NCBI GenBank assembly: GCA_963848965.1
Contig: CAWKFG010000001.1
Coordinates: 192,001 to 256,000 of the forward strand
Direction: 5' to 3'
DNA length: 64,000 bases
Source of the DNA: an uncultured bacterium
Lineage (GTDB): Bacteria > Babelota > Babeliae > Babelales > Babelaceae
Every line of letters starts with the position of its first letter. The first letter of the stretch is position 1. The notes beneath the pieces were generated by a model, which made no database searches, was not told where the DNA came from, and saw nothing but the letters and a program-made list of their open reading frames with translations. The translations under genes were made by a program, and so were the position numbers. Shown piece by piece: positions 63,062 to 64,000 of this stretch.

Positions 63062-64000
63062 ATGTATATCTTGCTTCTTTTCTCTTTATTGGTGAACATA
63101 ATAACAGGTGATCTAGTGGCTATGAATCTGCCAGCAAGAGTATTAATTAAAGGTAGTGATCAAAGAACAGTAACTATTGATAAAAAGCACTTTTCTGATG
63201 CATTTCTTAAGAAATATTCTGCACAAATTTTAAGCGGTAGCAGTTTAACGGTTAGCTATCCTAGCTCTCTTATTAATGCAGCATGTAGCACTCTTATTAC
63301 TTATAGAAAGACTAAGAATATACACACCACTATATATGATAAAACCATAACTGAATTATTTAGAAAACTACAGCTTGCTGTAAATCCCTTTGACTTACAA
63401 CAAGTAAATCACTATTTAAAGATACTTAAGTGGCTTATGCCTCCACAAGAATGTATTGATCACGTAGTCTCTTTGTGTGCACGATTGACAAAAACGCAGT
63501 CATATAAAGAATTTTATAAACAATTTTCTACAGAAAATCTAGAGCCTCTTGTTTCACAAGGGCCAACTATATCTCTTGAAGATCAAGAAGAGAATCCGGT
63601 ACAACGCGATTTTGTAGCTGAGATTAATAGATATCTTACTATGCTGCTCTCTCCAGATGCTTTTACTAAGCGACAGGCAGCGTTAAGGTTAGTAGCAGCG
63701 TACAAAACTCATGAAGAAGATTCTCTTATTTCTAAAGTGCTTGATGTTCAATCGCGACGAGACTGTGAACTGTTGTGTGGTCCAAAATCGTCACCACTGT
63801 CATCTGTAGCTGCTAAAATAGATCGTACTTCTACAGAAGTAGGTAAGGTTCTTTTTTATGAAAAACTCTCTCAACCGACTTCTAACTGTGATCAATTACG
63901 TCTTATAAAGCAAAAAGTTGAGCATCTTAAAGCTAGTCCTTATTATGACAAATTTAGGAGGCTCTTAAAGAAATTAAAAGATGAACAATGTGAGAATAGT
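63062..64000 (+). CDS. Secreted protein, probably a second MutS-like ATPase (3'-truncated by window edge)
   Basis: My translation is open to the window end. It has a signal peptide, and RDCELLCG...IDRTSTEVGK..PT resembles DDLDLFAG...VDRTTTEIGK..VT of 5471..7528. Confidence 0.7.
   Translation, partial: MYILLLFSLLVNIITGDLVAMNLPARVLIKGSDQRTVTIDKKHFSDAFLKKYSAQILSGSSLTVSYPSSLINAACSTLITYRKTKNIHTTIYDKTITELFRKLQLAVNPFDLQQVNHYLKILKWLMPPQECIDHVVSLCARLTKTQSYKEFYKQFSTENLEPLVSQGPTISLEDQEENPVQRDFVAEINRYLTMLLSPDAFTKRQAALRLVAAYKTHEEDSLISKVLDVQSRRDCELLCGPKSSPLSSVAAKIDRTSTEVGKVLFYEKLSQPTSNCDQLRLIKQKVEHLKASPYYDKFRRLLKKLKDEQCENS

Overview
This is an AT-rich bacterial chromosome segment. Its gene content suggests an intracellular symbiont or parasite of protists, most like Candidatus Babeliae/Dependentiae (TM6); this is an inference. 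Housekeeping genes (dnaJ, rnhB, tilS, gyrB, tadA, tRNA-Thr, rpsI, glmS, S41 protease) are interspersed with about 20 signal-peptide-bearing candidate effectors, mostly ankyrin, LRR, MYND or C2H2 proteins. Highlights: (1) A tandem array at 41.0-49.9 kb of seven secreted, NLS-bearing, eukaryote-type C2H2 zinc-finger genes (55 TGEKP-linked fingers). Their recognition helices are shuffled between paralogs, five have their own 103-bp promoter unit, and decayed relics lie among them. This is a candidate modular, TALE-like family of host-DNA-binding effectors. (2) A 344-bp ORF-less IS200/IS605 HEARO/omegaRNA element inserted exactly at the ATGA start of another zinc-finger effector gene, supplying a replacement RBS. 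(3) A Met immediately after the predicted signal-peptide cleavage site in about 20 putative effectors. (4) Two signal-peptide-bearing MutS-like proteins, a secreted 2H phosphoesterase inside the zinc-finger array, a palindromic operator cluster, and three frameshifted genes. All calls come from motif recognition by eye; no searches were run.
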